Source: Camelus dromedarius (Eukaryota). From it: DNA of 64,000 nt. Position 1 is the stretch's first letter, and each line of letters starts with the position of its first letter. A program made the position numbers and the translations under genes. The notes beneath the pieces were generated by a model. The model did not search any database. It was not told the origin of the DNA and was given only the letters and a program-made list of their open reading frames with translations. The DNA lies in NCBI RefSeq assembly GCF_036321535.1, contig NC_087449.1, forward strand, positions 23,932,001 through 23,996,000, given 5' to 3'. Positions 39,370 to 50,090 of the stretch are shown here, in pieces.

Positions 39370-39590
39370 AGTGGAAATAGCATACACTTGAGAGTCAAAA
39401 TACCTAGGTTCAAATGCCAAACCAAACTTAATAGTTGTGTGAGGTTAGCGAAGATACTTATTTCTTCTGAGCCTCAATTTTCTTATCTGTAAAATGGGGT
39501 CAGAAGTCCAACATCAAAGGGATGCTGGGACACATAAACCTAATATCTATAAAGAATTATGCCTGGCACATAGTAGGTTCTTTAAAAAGT
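39370..39590 (+). mobile_element. MIR SINE
   Basis: tctgagcctcaattttcttatctgtaaaatgggg...tgcctggcacatagtagg. Confidence 0.8.
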
Positions 39591-40289
39591 AATGCTGTCC
39601 CTCCTCCACCTCTCCTTGAGGGCAGAGATAATGTTTTATTCCTGGACATTAACATCATATCTTGCACATAATAAATGTATGTTGAAATGTATTGAATGAC
39701 AAGCTTTTCTGTTGCACAATAAAAATAAAACACACAAACCTATCTTGATCCTTAGAAGCTCTCTTTTTATCTCTCCTTCCTCTTCCCACATACTTCATTA
39801 CTCTTCTCTCTTTGGGTAACATGAACTTTTTTTTTGTACTCAGAAATTTTAAATGGCTAACAGAGCACCTCAGGATTCTTTCCTCCGGCCATTATCCTTC
39901 TCTTTCAAGTTGCGCTCAGCAAGATTATTTGGCTATTGGAGCTAAAAACGGTCAGATTACAAGTGGAGGTCTCTGAAATGTAGCATTCCCCATTGCAGGA
40001 TTCTGGAATTACACCAAACACCAGGGAGGGGTTGCTCTTCCCCAAAGAGCTCACTGTTCTGAAAAAGCCTTTGTTTTAAGGCTTTGCAAAACTGCCCTGT
40101 GGAATCTCCTCCAGCCCAGGTCCGCAGCACTGGCCTAGAACTGCTCACAGAGTATCTACACGCTCCCTGTAAAACAGAACACTCAAGAGTCCTACCATCT
40201 TGTAAAAATTGCTGCTGTCCGAGTCTTGGTTTGTATTTCACAGTATAACGAGCACTGTTTTGGAGCACTTGTTCTGATGTCTCTAGCAA

Positions 40290-40560
40290 GCCCCTGATAA
40301 TGAGAACAGCTGACACACCGTGTGGTTCCTGGGTCTGTGGCGTTATGTTAGGCACCTTCTGTCAATTATCTCCTCCAATTCTCACCAAAACCCACAGTCA
40401 GATATTACTATTATCCCTATTTTGCAGAGAAAGAAACTGAACCTCAGGAGGTCAAAGAACTTTGCCCAAGGTCACACAGGCAGCAAGCAGCAAAGCCTCA
40501 ATTCAAACCCTAGTCTATCAGATTCAAATCCCATTCCATTTCTGTTACTCCACACTGCCT
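40290..40560 (-). mobile_element. MIR SINE
   Basis: tattatccctattttgcagagaaagaaactgaacctcaggaggtcaaagaactttgcccaaggtcacacag. Confidence 0.85.
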
Positions 40561-41062
40561 CTTTAAATGGCTATAAAAGAAGGTCCTTTCTGTATAGAAA
40601 TACTTGAGAAAATAAACAGTTTGGACTGGTCAATCTTTGGGTCCCTTCCTCCTCTTAAAAAAAATCTATGGTTCTAATGAAGAGAAGAAAGAAAAAAGGA
40701 AATGTAAGGAAACCAAACATTATGAGGCTTGGCTTATCAGTATTTAATAACAGCTTTTGGATCAAAACTCTACAGAACCTTATTTATGGACAGACAGTTA
40801 CTGTTAAGCAGAACTTCTTTATACAACCTTTTCATCTGAGGATATTGTAGCCTTCTACTGCCTTTCTATTAGTGAGAGATGGGGTGTGAAATTTGCTGGC
40901 CCTGCCAACACTATCCCATTAAATTATCTGCCCTCTTCCAGTGCAATTCACTCAGAGGCAACAGTTTGAGACTCAGGCCCTGTGAGTGTCTGTGCCTAGG
41001 CGTTCGGAGCGGGGAGGTGTGAAGGAAAAAGTTCAGGTGGTGGTAGCATCCCAATGACGTAA

Positions 41063-41290
41063 NNNNNNNNNNNNNNNNNNNNNNNNNNNNNNNNNNNNNN
41101 NNNNNNNNNNNNNNNNNNNNNNNNNNNNNNNNNNNNNNNNNNNNNNNNNNNNNNNNNNNNNNNNNNNNNNNNNNNNNNNNNNNNNNNNNNNNNNNNNNNN
41201 NNNNNNNNNNNNNNNNNNNNNNNNNNNNNNNNNNNNNNNNNNNNNNNNNNNNNNNNNNNNNNNNNNNNNNNNNNNNNNNNNNNNNNNNNN
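41063..41290. other. Assembly gap (228 N)
   Basis: N run. Confidence 0.99.
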
Positions 41291-41999
41291 CACCAAACCC
41301 CACCACCTCATAACAGCCCCCCTCCCCTTCAACTCCAAAGAACTCTCTCAGACTCTCTCAGACTACTCCCCTTTTCTCTTGTCTGTCGACAGAACAGTCT
41401 CTCCTGGCACACAGTGGGGAATAGGTGAGGCCAGGCTGAGGCTCTCCTGTTGGAGAAAGAGGCCTAGGAGACTTGAGTGTTTCCCAGCTGGGGCTGGATT
41501 TGCCAGGGTCTGACCCACATGGGGAACTTGGAGCTGGCAAGCCAGCTCTCCCACTAGAGAGCACTCTAATAAATCACCCCTATTCCCTGAGTTGTACATC
41601 AAGATGCAAATACAAAGGCACTTCATCAAAGTACATCTCATCACTGGTTGGGAGGAATTGCCAGACATGCTCCTCAAACCACATCTGAGTTACAGTTCAT
41701 TACAACAACATCATTCCTCCTGATCAGAGGTGCAGACCATCCAAGGCCTTTCCAGTCCATCTCTGAGTTACAGTGAGTCTGGCTCAGGGAACCCCAGCAC
41801 AGGAAGGAATATTGAAATTGGCTGTCTCCAGTCATTTCTTATAACCCTTATAATGGTTGAGAAATCATCCCTTTGCTGCTCTTGGAAAACACAGGGATAT
41901 AACACCTTTGGCCCCAATATAACATAAAGGGTGTAAATTTTAAGACAAACCGGGAGAGACTGTCGAGGGCAGCAGTCAGATGAGAGCATGAACTTTTAT

Positions 42000-42200
42000 G
42001 GTTTGTAAGCCCTACAATGCCATTTCCTGGCTGTGTGACCTTAAGAAAGTAACTTAACCTCTCTGTGCCTAAATTAAAATGAGCTAATTATGCCATCTCC
42101 CTCATGGGGTTGTTGTGAGGATTCAGTGAGTTGATACTTGCAAAATGCTTAGAATAGTGACTGGCCTGTTGTAAAGGTTATGCAAGTGTCTGTTAAATAC
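42000..42200 (+). mobile_element. MIR SINE
   Basis: gctgtgtgaccttaagaaagtaacttaacctctctgtgcct...ggttgttgtgaggattcagtgagttgatac. Confidence 0.85.
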
Positions 42201-44049
42201 ATTGTACAAACAGAGGCATCAGGCATTTCAGAATGCTTGGGTTCAGGGAAGTACATTCTTAGTTGAGGTCAAAGGATTTGGCACCATTCTTTAGCATCTC
42301 TCAGGCCCTGTAACAGTCCAGCTAGTAGGAGGGGAAATGGAAAGTGAGGAGAGAGAGAGGCCCCATGGATTGTGTAGATCTGGGTAAAGGCCCAGGACCC
42401 CTCCACCCCTGGCAACCCAGCAGGGAAGGCAACTCATTGCCCTGGGCCTCAAACACTCCAGATCAATGGTTCCTATCTTTTGGGGATTGCAGTTTTCTTC
42501 AAAAATCAGATGATAACCAGAAACATACAACCCTAAAAATGTACATAAAATTTTGTGTATTATTTCTGGAGGGTTGAATGGCCTAATTTCAGATACCCCA
42601 AGTTAAGACCCTCTAGGCTGGATCTCTTCTCCAATACTTGCTATCCATGGTTTCACTCAATGCATATAACACTCAGGAAAGGCTCAGAAAAACTAATCGC
42701 CATACCCAGTGTGTGGAAGAGAAACGATTCGAACCTACGTCAGTTAATTCCAACACCTGTGCTCGTAACCTTTAGGTTCTACTGTGAAGTTCTACTACAC
42801 TCCCTTCATACTGGAAGATGGGACAAAGGGAAAATCCTTGAAAACAAGCAATGTTACATTGTTACTAGGAAAAGCAAGCATCATCACACTTTTACCTACA
42901 ACCAAAAAAGTTACTCTCCGTTCATACAATAAAAATCTATGGACCACTTACTATATATGCCAAAACATACGCCATTTATATGCAGATATACATGTACATC
43001 AACATACATATAGTATATACAAAGCATTCCATTCTCCATAGGATGTTGGGTAAAATTTTCAAAAATATTTGAGATACTGTATGTGGTCCCCTTCAAACCA
43101 CAGCCAAACTGGACACTAATGGATGGAAGTGACATACCATTTAGAAACTTTCAAGTCTAATCTGAGGCCTATACTCACCATGCAGGAGATGGAGAGAGGA
43201 AAATATAGACCAAAGTTGAGTTTTGAAGGACTCCTAACTAAATACCAGAAAGATAATCCCAGATAATGTCAGAGTAGCAAAACAGCCACCAGGTATACTG
43301 ACTCAATATTGGAAATTAAATATTCCCAACACATTGCCAGAGGCAGTTGGACCACACCCTTTGTCTCCTGGGCCTCTGTATGGCTCCCCCTAGGGAGGAT
43401 TTTCAAACGTTCCTATAAAGGTGGGGCTGGATGACTTGGTCCCCAGGTGTTTTCACCAGGAAAGCTAGCAGTCTTATTGCCCTCAAGAGTCTCTAATTCT
43501 AGAAGTAGACAGGACCTATTAAAATGGCATTGGAAGTTTACAAAATGACAGCAAACAGTAGTAGGCCACCTCCCTCTGACTCCAAGCAGCCAAGCCACAA
43601 AATCTACAGGAGTCTGAGAAAAGCTGAGGTGGGTTCCAAAGGCCCTGAGCTCTGGGTACAGTTATAAAGGCTTCAGGTTCGGGATGGTAAGAGGTAGATG
43701 GGGAGATTGACAGTGAACAGACCAGAAAAAGTAAATGTAAAGGTTTGTTCCTCCTGGCTAACAAAACAGAAGAGTGATGGGAGAAATGCTGAGCATTTGT
43801 TTTAAATAAATAAATGAAACATATCACCCCTTAGACTGATCTCCTGAGACACTGGCTGAGTTACCTGAAGGATGTTGGATCAGACAAGAAGGTAAATCTG
43901 AGTTCCACTGGAAGCCTTGTCCCCAGAGAAAGGATCAAGCATTCACAGAAATGGAAAAGGATTTATTAGACAATAAATAAGACAGTAATAACAGATTTTA
44001 GCTCATTATTGAAGAGATCAGAATAAGCACTACTCTTTAAAAAAAAGTT

Positions 44050-44185
44050 GTCATGGGAGAGAAAGAAACAAATTTTAATTCATGCACATGGAGGTCCCAT
44101 AGAAATGGGACCTAAAAAGTAGCCAAAGCAGGCAGCTTTTATACTTTTTAGACAAAGAAACAATAAATTTGGGAGGAATTTTTTT
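44050..44185. mobile_element. Possible ERV1 (MER4-group-like) LTR fragment
   Basis: aacaaattttaattcatgcacatggaggtcccatagaaatgggacc...ttttagacaaagaaacaataaattt is reminiscent of ERV1 LTRs; family uncertain. Confidence 0.35.
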
Positions 44186-45363
44186 TAAGTTTTTTTTTTT
44201 TTTTTTTTTTGAGCCTGTAGACAGTTCAATGAGAATTTGGGCGACTGCTGATAACAAAATTGTCTTACACTCAGCAAAATCATTGCCTGGACATTTATTT
44301 AAAGGCAGAAGTCCAAAGAAAGGTGCACTGGACCCTCAAGTTCCCTCCCTCTCCCAACCCTGTCCCTCCCCCTCCCCATGATCTAAAAGCAACCATTGTT
44401 GAAAGGTTATGTAGAATAAAGGAAAAGACAGAGGATATAAGTGAACAAATTAAGGAGCCTCACTAGGAGCCTTGCCTTAGCTAAAATCACCTTGGTTATC
44501 TCCACCTCAATTTGCCCAGCAACCTGACATCAGAAAGATGTTTACAATGTTTTAGGCAGCACGACCCAATTTTTGCTTTTCACCCAGGTGTGTGGCAACG
44601 GACCAGATGTTTGGCATCAAGGAAGCAAACATCCATGTGACCAAGCTGTTTACATTTCATTAGGATTTTCCATCGGGAAGGAGCACTCCCTGCTGATGTA
44701 CATCTTAATTACAATTAGGAGCAGTATTTACCCTGAGGAGCTTCCAGATTAGCAGAACCACACTATAGGATCAGTTTCAGAATCATCCTCAAAAAATGTG
44801 GTTCCCACTTCCCCAAAGTCATCTCTATGAAATCAAAATTCACACACAACTTCCTTCCAGGGTGTATTTTCTACCACGAAAATTATTAGCTAGATTTTGG
44901 TCAAAACGAATTCTGTAGTCATGGTCTAGGTAGTGAATAGGTCTTTCCCCCTCAACTGCTAAATAGCCCAGAGCCTTTTTCCCCCTAAAGCACAGTGCTA
45001 ACTTAAAAATGAAAGATGCATGATAAAAGAGCACGGGTTGGGGCTGGGCGTGGGGGAGGGAAGAATCCAGGGGCTCCAGCACCCCCTCAAGGGATGCATG
45101 TTAAAAGTGAGGCCTAAGACCCTGGAGACTTTAATCAACTTTCCCCCTCCAACCTCGAAAGAATGAATCGTTGTCTCCACAGGCGCAGCCGGGCTCTTCC
45201 CCCTCATTGTGTACGGGCTCAGACGCAGCAAGGATCCGAGCTTCCCGCAGCGAGCTAAGACTCTCGGGCTTTCGGTGAAGTCTTTCTCTAACTGTTGCAA
45301 TTGTCTTTGGAGATTACCAAAATCAAGTATGCATTAGTTGGCTTTCCCTCCCCTCGTTTGTTA

Positions 45364-45403
45364 ACACACACACACATACACACATACACACACACACGTG
45401 CAC
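45364..45403. repeat. Imperfect (AC)n; 40-bp perfect purine-pyrimidine alternation
   Basis: acacacacacacatacacacatacacacacacacgtgcac. Confidence 0.9.
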
Positions 45404-45997
45404 TTTGGAGCAGCAGGCCGTCTCTGACAGCACATTTTGCACAAAGTGGCGGCGGCAGCGCACACGTTGTGGCCTCCATCGTGACCCTCAAGAAGGCCAG
45501 CGAGCTGGGGACGGTGGAGATGCGAGGCCGCCCGAGCCCCAGGAGGACAGGGCTTTTGTTTGGGTCGTTCAGTGGACAGCCTAGGTTCTCTCAGGCACTC
45601 CTGAAAATACAAACTCCCTCCAGGACCGCTGCGACGTGGGGTCAGGATGGACTTGTCTGAACACCGGTTGGGGCGCGTTAGGGGTCCAGCGAGAGATGGG
45701 GGGACGAAAGGCATCCCATCGCCCCACGACCCCCAACCCCTCCACGCTTCCTGTCAGCGCTGACAACTGCGGCTGGGCGCCGAGGAATAAGTGCCCGGGC
45801 GCACCCCCAGCCCTCAGAGGGACTCCAGGGTGAATCCTCGCCTGCCTCCCCGGCGCCTGGAGTCGCGCTGGCGAGACCCCCGACGGGGCGCCGGCAGCCC
45901 CCCGAGGCGGGCGCGGCGCTTCCTGTCCGCCCAGCCCCGGGCCGGCCGACGGAAGGGTGGCCGAGGCTGGGCGGGCCCGCGAGCCGGCCGATGCGCC

Positions 45998-46006
45998 TCT
46001 TACCTT
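45998..46006 (-). other. ROR1: 5' splice donor of ROR1 intron 1, AAG|GTAAGA (phase 1)
   Basis: Reverse complement of tcttacctt; follows codon 30 (CAA) plus one G. Confidence 0.93.
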
Positions 46007-46094
46007 GGGCAGCGGCCCCGCGCGCCGCCAGCAGCAGCACGGCCAGCAGCTCCAGGAGCGGCGGGCGCGCCCCGCGGCGGCGCGGCCGGTGCAT
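46004..46094 (-). CDS. ROR1: ROR1 (receptor tyrosine kinase-like orphan receptor 1) coding exon 1, signal peptide, 91 nt
   Basis: Translates to MHRPRRRGARPPLLELLAVLLLAARGAAAQ, matching the mammalian ROR1 N-terminus as I recall it (human MHRPRRRGTRPPLLALLAALLLAARGAAAQ). Ends at a canonical donor inside a CpG island. Confidence 0.97.
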
Positions 46095-46520
46095 TCCTCT
46101 TCTCGCGGCGGCGGCGGCGGCGGCGGCGGCTCCCAGGCCGCGCGCAGAACATCCACGGGCTCTGCCCGGGGTCCCGGCTACCTCGTCCCGGCCGCTCTCC
46201 TCGCAGGATACCGCGGGCGTCTGCGAAGTTCTTTGTCCCTCTAACCTGCTCCTTTGCCTCAGCCCGGCCCTTCAGGACCCCGTAAGCGCAGTCCCTCCAC
46301 AGCCCTCCGGTTGCAGCCTCGCCGCGGCCGGTCGGTTCAGTCCGCGCCGTCGGGGTCGCACTCGCGGAAGGCGAGTCTCGCCGGCTCGGGGTCTGAGGAG
46401 AGCGCGCCCTGCGCCCGGGGGCTGCCGTCCCGGGGCTCCCTCCGTGGCGGCTGCGGCGGCTCCTCCCGCTCTGCGCGCTCGCTCTCTTGCTCTCAGCCTC
46501 CCTCAACTTGTCACTTTTCA
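46095..46520 (-). other. ROR1: ROR1 5'UTR portion of exon 1 (TSS estimated at ~46480-46530)
   Basis: GC-rich leader contiguous with the ATG. The TSS is inferred from the CCAAT box position and recalled human 5'UTR length, not observed. Confidence 0.6.
46105..46130 (-). repeat. (GCC)8GC trinucleotide repeat in the ROR1 5'UTR
   Basis: Plus strand gcggcggcggcggcggcggcggcggc; ends 10 nt before the ATG. Confidence 0.97.
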
Positions 46521-46546
46521 CCAACTCTCCAGCCCAGCGCCTGCCC

Positions 46547-46557
46547 CGACCAATGGC
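46547..46557 (+). promoter_or_regulatory. CCAAT box (NF-Y), inverted relative to ROR1
   Basis: cgaCCAATggc fits the extended NF-Y consensus, just upstream of the inferred TSS. Confidence 0.6.
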
Positions 46558-46582
46558 AGACGCGGGTCCAGGCCGGCGACCC

Positions 46583-46597
46583 AGCGCCCTCTGCTGC
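46583..46597 (-). promoter_or_regulatory. CTCF-like motif GCAGCAGAGGGCGCT
   Basis: 14/15 match to CCASYAGRKGGCRSY, with the mismatch at the first position. Confidence 0.55.
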
Positions 46598-46714
46598 CGC
46601 CTCTCCACACCCGGACTCCCAAAGTTGTTCCTTCCGCGCCGCTCACAAACCCTCCTCCCCTCCCCCACGACACCTCAAACCTGCAGCGGGACCTGAGCCC
46701 TTTGGGCCCTCGCG

Positions 46715-46810
46715 GCCATTTGACAGAAAGGGAAACCGAGGCTCAGGGAAACTTGTCCGGGTTCGCAAACCAGTTTGTGGCTGAATGACTCAGAAGACCC
46801 AGATTCTAGG
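46715..46810 (-). mobile_element. MIR fragment at the upstream edge of the CpG island
   Basis: ccatttgacagaaagggaaaccgaggctcagggaaacttgtccgggttcgcaaaccag. Confidence 0.65.
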
Positions 46811-46899
46811 GGTCTCAACCCTGCCACCGTTAGCTGTGTGACCCTGGGTAATAGAAAATTTAGTGATACGTAGTTCCCCTTTTGAATTCCTCTTTGACC

Positions 46900-47280
46900 C
46901 ACGTGATTTTTCCCATTTTGTCTCTATTTCTAGTATCATCGCATTGAAATCAATGGCATCTGTACAGTTTTCTCTTGGAGATTTATTGAGGACTTCGTGG
47001 TCAGTTTTTGCCAGTGTCCCCGCTGATCTCTTGAAAGGTGTTTTTCTGTCTTCGGAATGTGGAGATGGGTGACTATCTCCATTTGATATTTATATTTATC
47101 ATGTTACTTAGGCCTTCTGTATCTTTGCATTTTTTTTTTTTTTTGTCCAGCTGTTCCACCATGGGCCAAGGGGGTCATTAAAGTCTCCTACTCACAGTAT
47201 GTTTTTATCCATTTCTCCTGGTTACGCATTATGAATTTTGTGATCCATAAATACTCATGGCCGTTTGGCTTTCCTTGTGG
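46900..47280 (-). mobile_element. Old L1 ORF2 fragment
   Basis: ttggagatttattgaggacttcgtggtcagttttt...ttaaagtctcctact...ttatccatttctcc resembles antisense L1 ORF2. Confidence 0.55.
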
Positions 47281-47399
47281 AGAGGGCCTTTGATCATACA
47301 GAGTGGTGAGCACCTGCTGTGTTCCAGGCCCTGCTTTAGGCTATGAGGATGCAAGAGTCACAGAGACACCAGTCTTGTCCTAGAGGAACACCAAGAAGC

Positions 47400-50090
47400 C
47401 CACTTACTGAGTATCTCCTGCTTGCCTAGTGCTTTGTGTGCATTTGCTCATGAATCTTCCACTGACACTTTTAAAAAATCATTACAAATACTTATACCTC
47501 TTTGCACTTTTACATAGATTATGCTCATAATATGGTTTTAGAAACTTGAGATGCAGAAAGAGAATATGTGACTTGCCTGCAGTCACACAGACAACAGATG
47601 GCCAAGCCAAGACTCAGTCCCTTTACCGTGATGGGGCTAAAAGTTCTTGGCCAGAGCCTGGCGTATAACAAGCTCTCAGTCAGTGGCAGGGGGTGTAACT
47701 GCTGCAGCGATAGCCTCTGAAAACCCGGCTTTAGGATTTTATAATGAGCAGTCACCTTGTTGAAGGCAAGGGCTTTGTAGCCCAAAGTACGTCCCAGCAG
47801 GTCAAAGACTCGCAGCCCTCTGCCTTCGGCCAGGTGAATGGCTAACCCATGTAGGACAAACGGTCACTTATTCTTCTCAAGACTTTAGGGCAGGGGCATC
47901 CCCAGCTGCCTTGCTAGCTTTCCCCCTCTCTATCACTCTGACCTGAGGTCAGGGAATGATAGACAGAGAGGCCTTGGGTCAACCAGTTTATCGCCCAAAT
48001 AGGTCTGTCCTCCAAGTTTCTCTGCCTGAGACCCATTCAGTCCTGTCTCAATTATCTCCAGGCTCTTGCCTGAGGAACTTCCTGCACAAGGTTCTCTTGT
48101 TAGAAAACTGTCTTTGATGGTTGGCCTCAATATACTATGGCCCAGAAGTCAGAGGAATCTCAGGACACTGCACATTACTGAAAAGTTCTCCATCATCTAT
48201 AGAATAACTCTCAGCTGAGAGACAAGGACCCTTTCCTGTCCACCCACCCTGCCCCCAAACCCCACCCCATAACTGCTTGGCCCAGGTAGCTTAGGTAACA
48301 GATGGCTGCCAGTGCTGAGTATACAGAACTTAATGGCACTTTTATCAGTACTTAAACTTTCCAGGAACTTAATCACAGAATCATAGACGTGAGGAATGTG
48401 ACAGCTAAAAAGGGTCCTGGAAATTAACTTGTATACCCACCCCCTTAACATTTTATAGAGGAGAAACATGGGACTCGGGGAGGTGAAACTTCCATGCCCA
48501 AGGTCCCACAGCTGGCAAGAGCCAAATCTGGAACCCGCATCAACTAGTCCAGACCTGGGTAAGCACTCCTTCAGTCCTCCTGGATCCCTGGAAGTTTAGC
48601 TAGAACATACTAGCTCCCAAAGGATAGGTTAGAAAAGGGCTTTTCCTGTTTAAAAAAAAAAAAAAAAGACAAAGGAAATATTTATGCAATCCAGTAAATG
48701 CCAGTGCTGAGGAGTGCAGGCTGCCTCGGCTCAAGCTCCAGCTTTTCTGGTCTCTGCTGAGTGACCGTGGACACGTATCTTAGTCCCTCTGTGCTTCAGA
48801 CTCTCATCTTTAAAGTGGTGATGGTAATAATAGTACCTAGTCCATACTGCTGTGAATGTTAAATGAATTAATGCATATAAAGTGCTTCCATGAGTGTCTG
48901 GCACTTAATAAATGTAGAATATAAGAACATCATCATCATCTTCATTATTATTATTATTTACATATGTGAGCTTACTTAGACCATCAAAATTCCTATGAGG
49001 TCAGTGTCGTCTCTATTTTTCACAGGCAGAGAAACTAAAGTAAAATGAGGTTAAGAAACTTGCCCGAAGTCACAAAATTAAGGGAAAAACATAGGGCTCA
49101 AGCCTAAGTGAAATCTCTCTCTACATTATACCCAAATAGTGGGATGTGCGAAAAGCGCACAGAAATGTTCCTTCTGCAGACCTCCAACGGCCCCACCCTC
49201 TCCCTTAACCAAGCCAGTCCTTGATACAAATGGATCAGATAACCCAGGAGGAGCCACTCTCCTCAGAGAGTCCTGGCTCCAGCTGCGAGGTACCCGCTGA
49301 GGCCCCTGCTGCTTAGAGAGGCAGCCATCTACCGGTGGCCTCTCCCACTAGCACACACTCGGGCTCTGTTTATTATCACTGTGGACACTTAGAAGGCACA
49401 GGCACGGGCAAGTCGTAATGGGAAGGTGGAAGAGCACTGGGATAGCGACACATCGACGGTGTCAAGCACCAAGGAGCATGTAAAAGAAACTCCCTTACAT
49501 TTCAGAAAGTTGTTGGAAAAGGAGATTCATTTGGGGCATTTGCCTGATTCACCCCAAAACACAGCCTTAATTTTTCATCTCGGAGAAACCAAGTAGCATG
49601 ATGGTTACAAGTGAGAACCCAGGAGACAGCTTACATGGATTCAAATCCTGGCTTTGCTCTCTTAATAGTTGTAAGAGCCTGAATCTCTGTTTTGCAATTT
49701 CCTCACCTGTAAAGAGGCATAACAGTAATACTTACCAACTAACATTTGCTCTGCAGATTTAACTAGTTAATACTTGTAAAGGGTTTAGCACAGTGTCTAT
49801 CACACAGCAATCAGCCAATTATGATTGTTAGCTATTATTATTAGTGATTAAGAACAAGTGCCCTCACATTAGCTAGACCCGGCCAGATGATGTGAACAAA
49901 TTATCTGACTTCCTTATGATGCAATATCCTCACCTGAAAAAAAAAAAAAAAAAAAAGAGAGAGAGAGAGAGAGACATAACAATAGACCCAATCACATAAA
50001 GTTATTTCAAGTATTAAAATAATATACTATATACCTGAATATAAAAGTCTCAACACAGTGTTTGGCATAGCACCCATTCAATAAATTGTT
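47400..50090. mobile_element. Cluster of about six MIR fragments in both orientations (~47400-47720 -, 48380-48560 -, 48720-48960 +, 48960-49130 -, 49590-49850 +, 49860-50090 +)
   Basis: Repeated MIR cores, e.g. acttgcccgaagtcaca, ctcatctttaaagtggtg, gatggttcaaatcctggctttg, tcctcacctgtaaa. Confidence 0.7.

Larger units (their letters stand above)
1..46003 (-). other. ROR1: ROR1 intron 1 (5' portion; continues beyond the window start)
   Basis: Begins at the GTAAG donor at 46003 on the minus strand. No ROR1 exon-2-like peptide is visible in the ORF track. ROR1 intron 1 is known to be very long in mammals. Confidence 0.9.
45400..46780. promoter_or_regulatory. ROR1: CpG island over the ROR1 promoter, exon 1 and start of intron 1
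   Basis: Very GC-rich with dense CpG (e.g. 45870-46480), against a CpG-depleted background. Confidence 0.95.

Noticed and set aside
41551-41565. CTCF-like CCACTAGAGAGCACT
   Set aside because: Mismatch at a highly conserved core G; not supportable without binding data.
6-43305. Scattered TGA(C/G)TCA AP-1 heptamers (e.g. 6, 357, 2701, 20857, 29171, 29430, 36723, 43299)
   Set aside because: The count is close to the ~8 expected at random in 64 kb.
45678-46003. Continuation of the 138-aa ORF beyond AAAQ
   Set aside because: Reads through the AAG|GTAAGA donor into intron 1; ROR1 similarity stops at the exon end.
45991-46788. 265-aa plus-strand ORF and other long ORFs over the CpG island (45791-46285, 46254-46784, 46000-46668)
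   Set aside because: GC-rich DNA has few stop codons. The products are low-complexity Ala/Arg/Pro/Gly with no recognisable domain.
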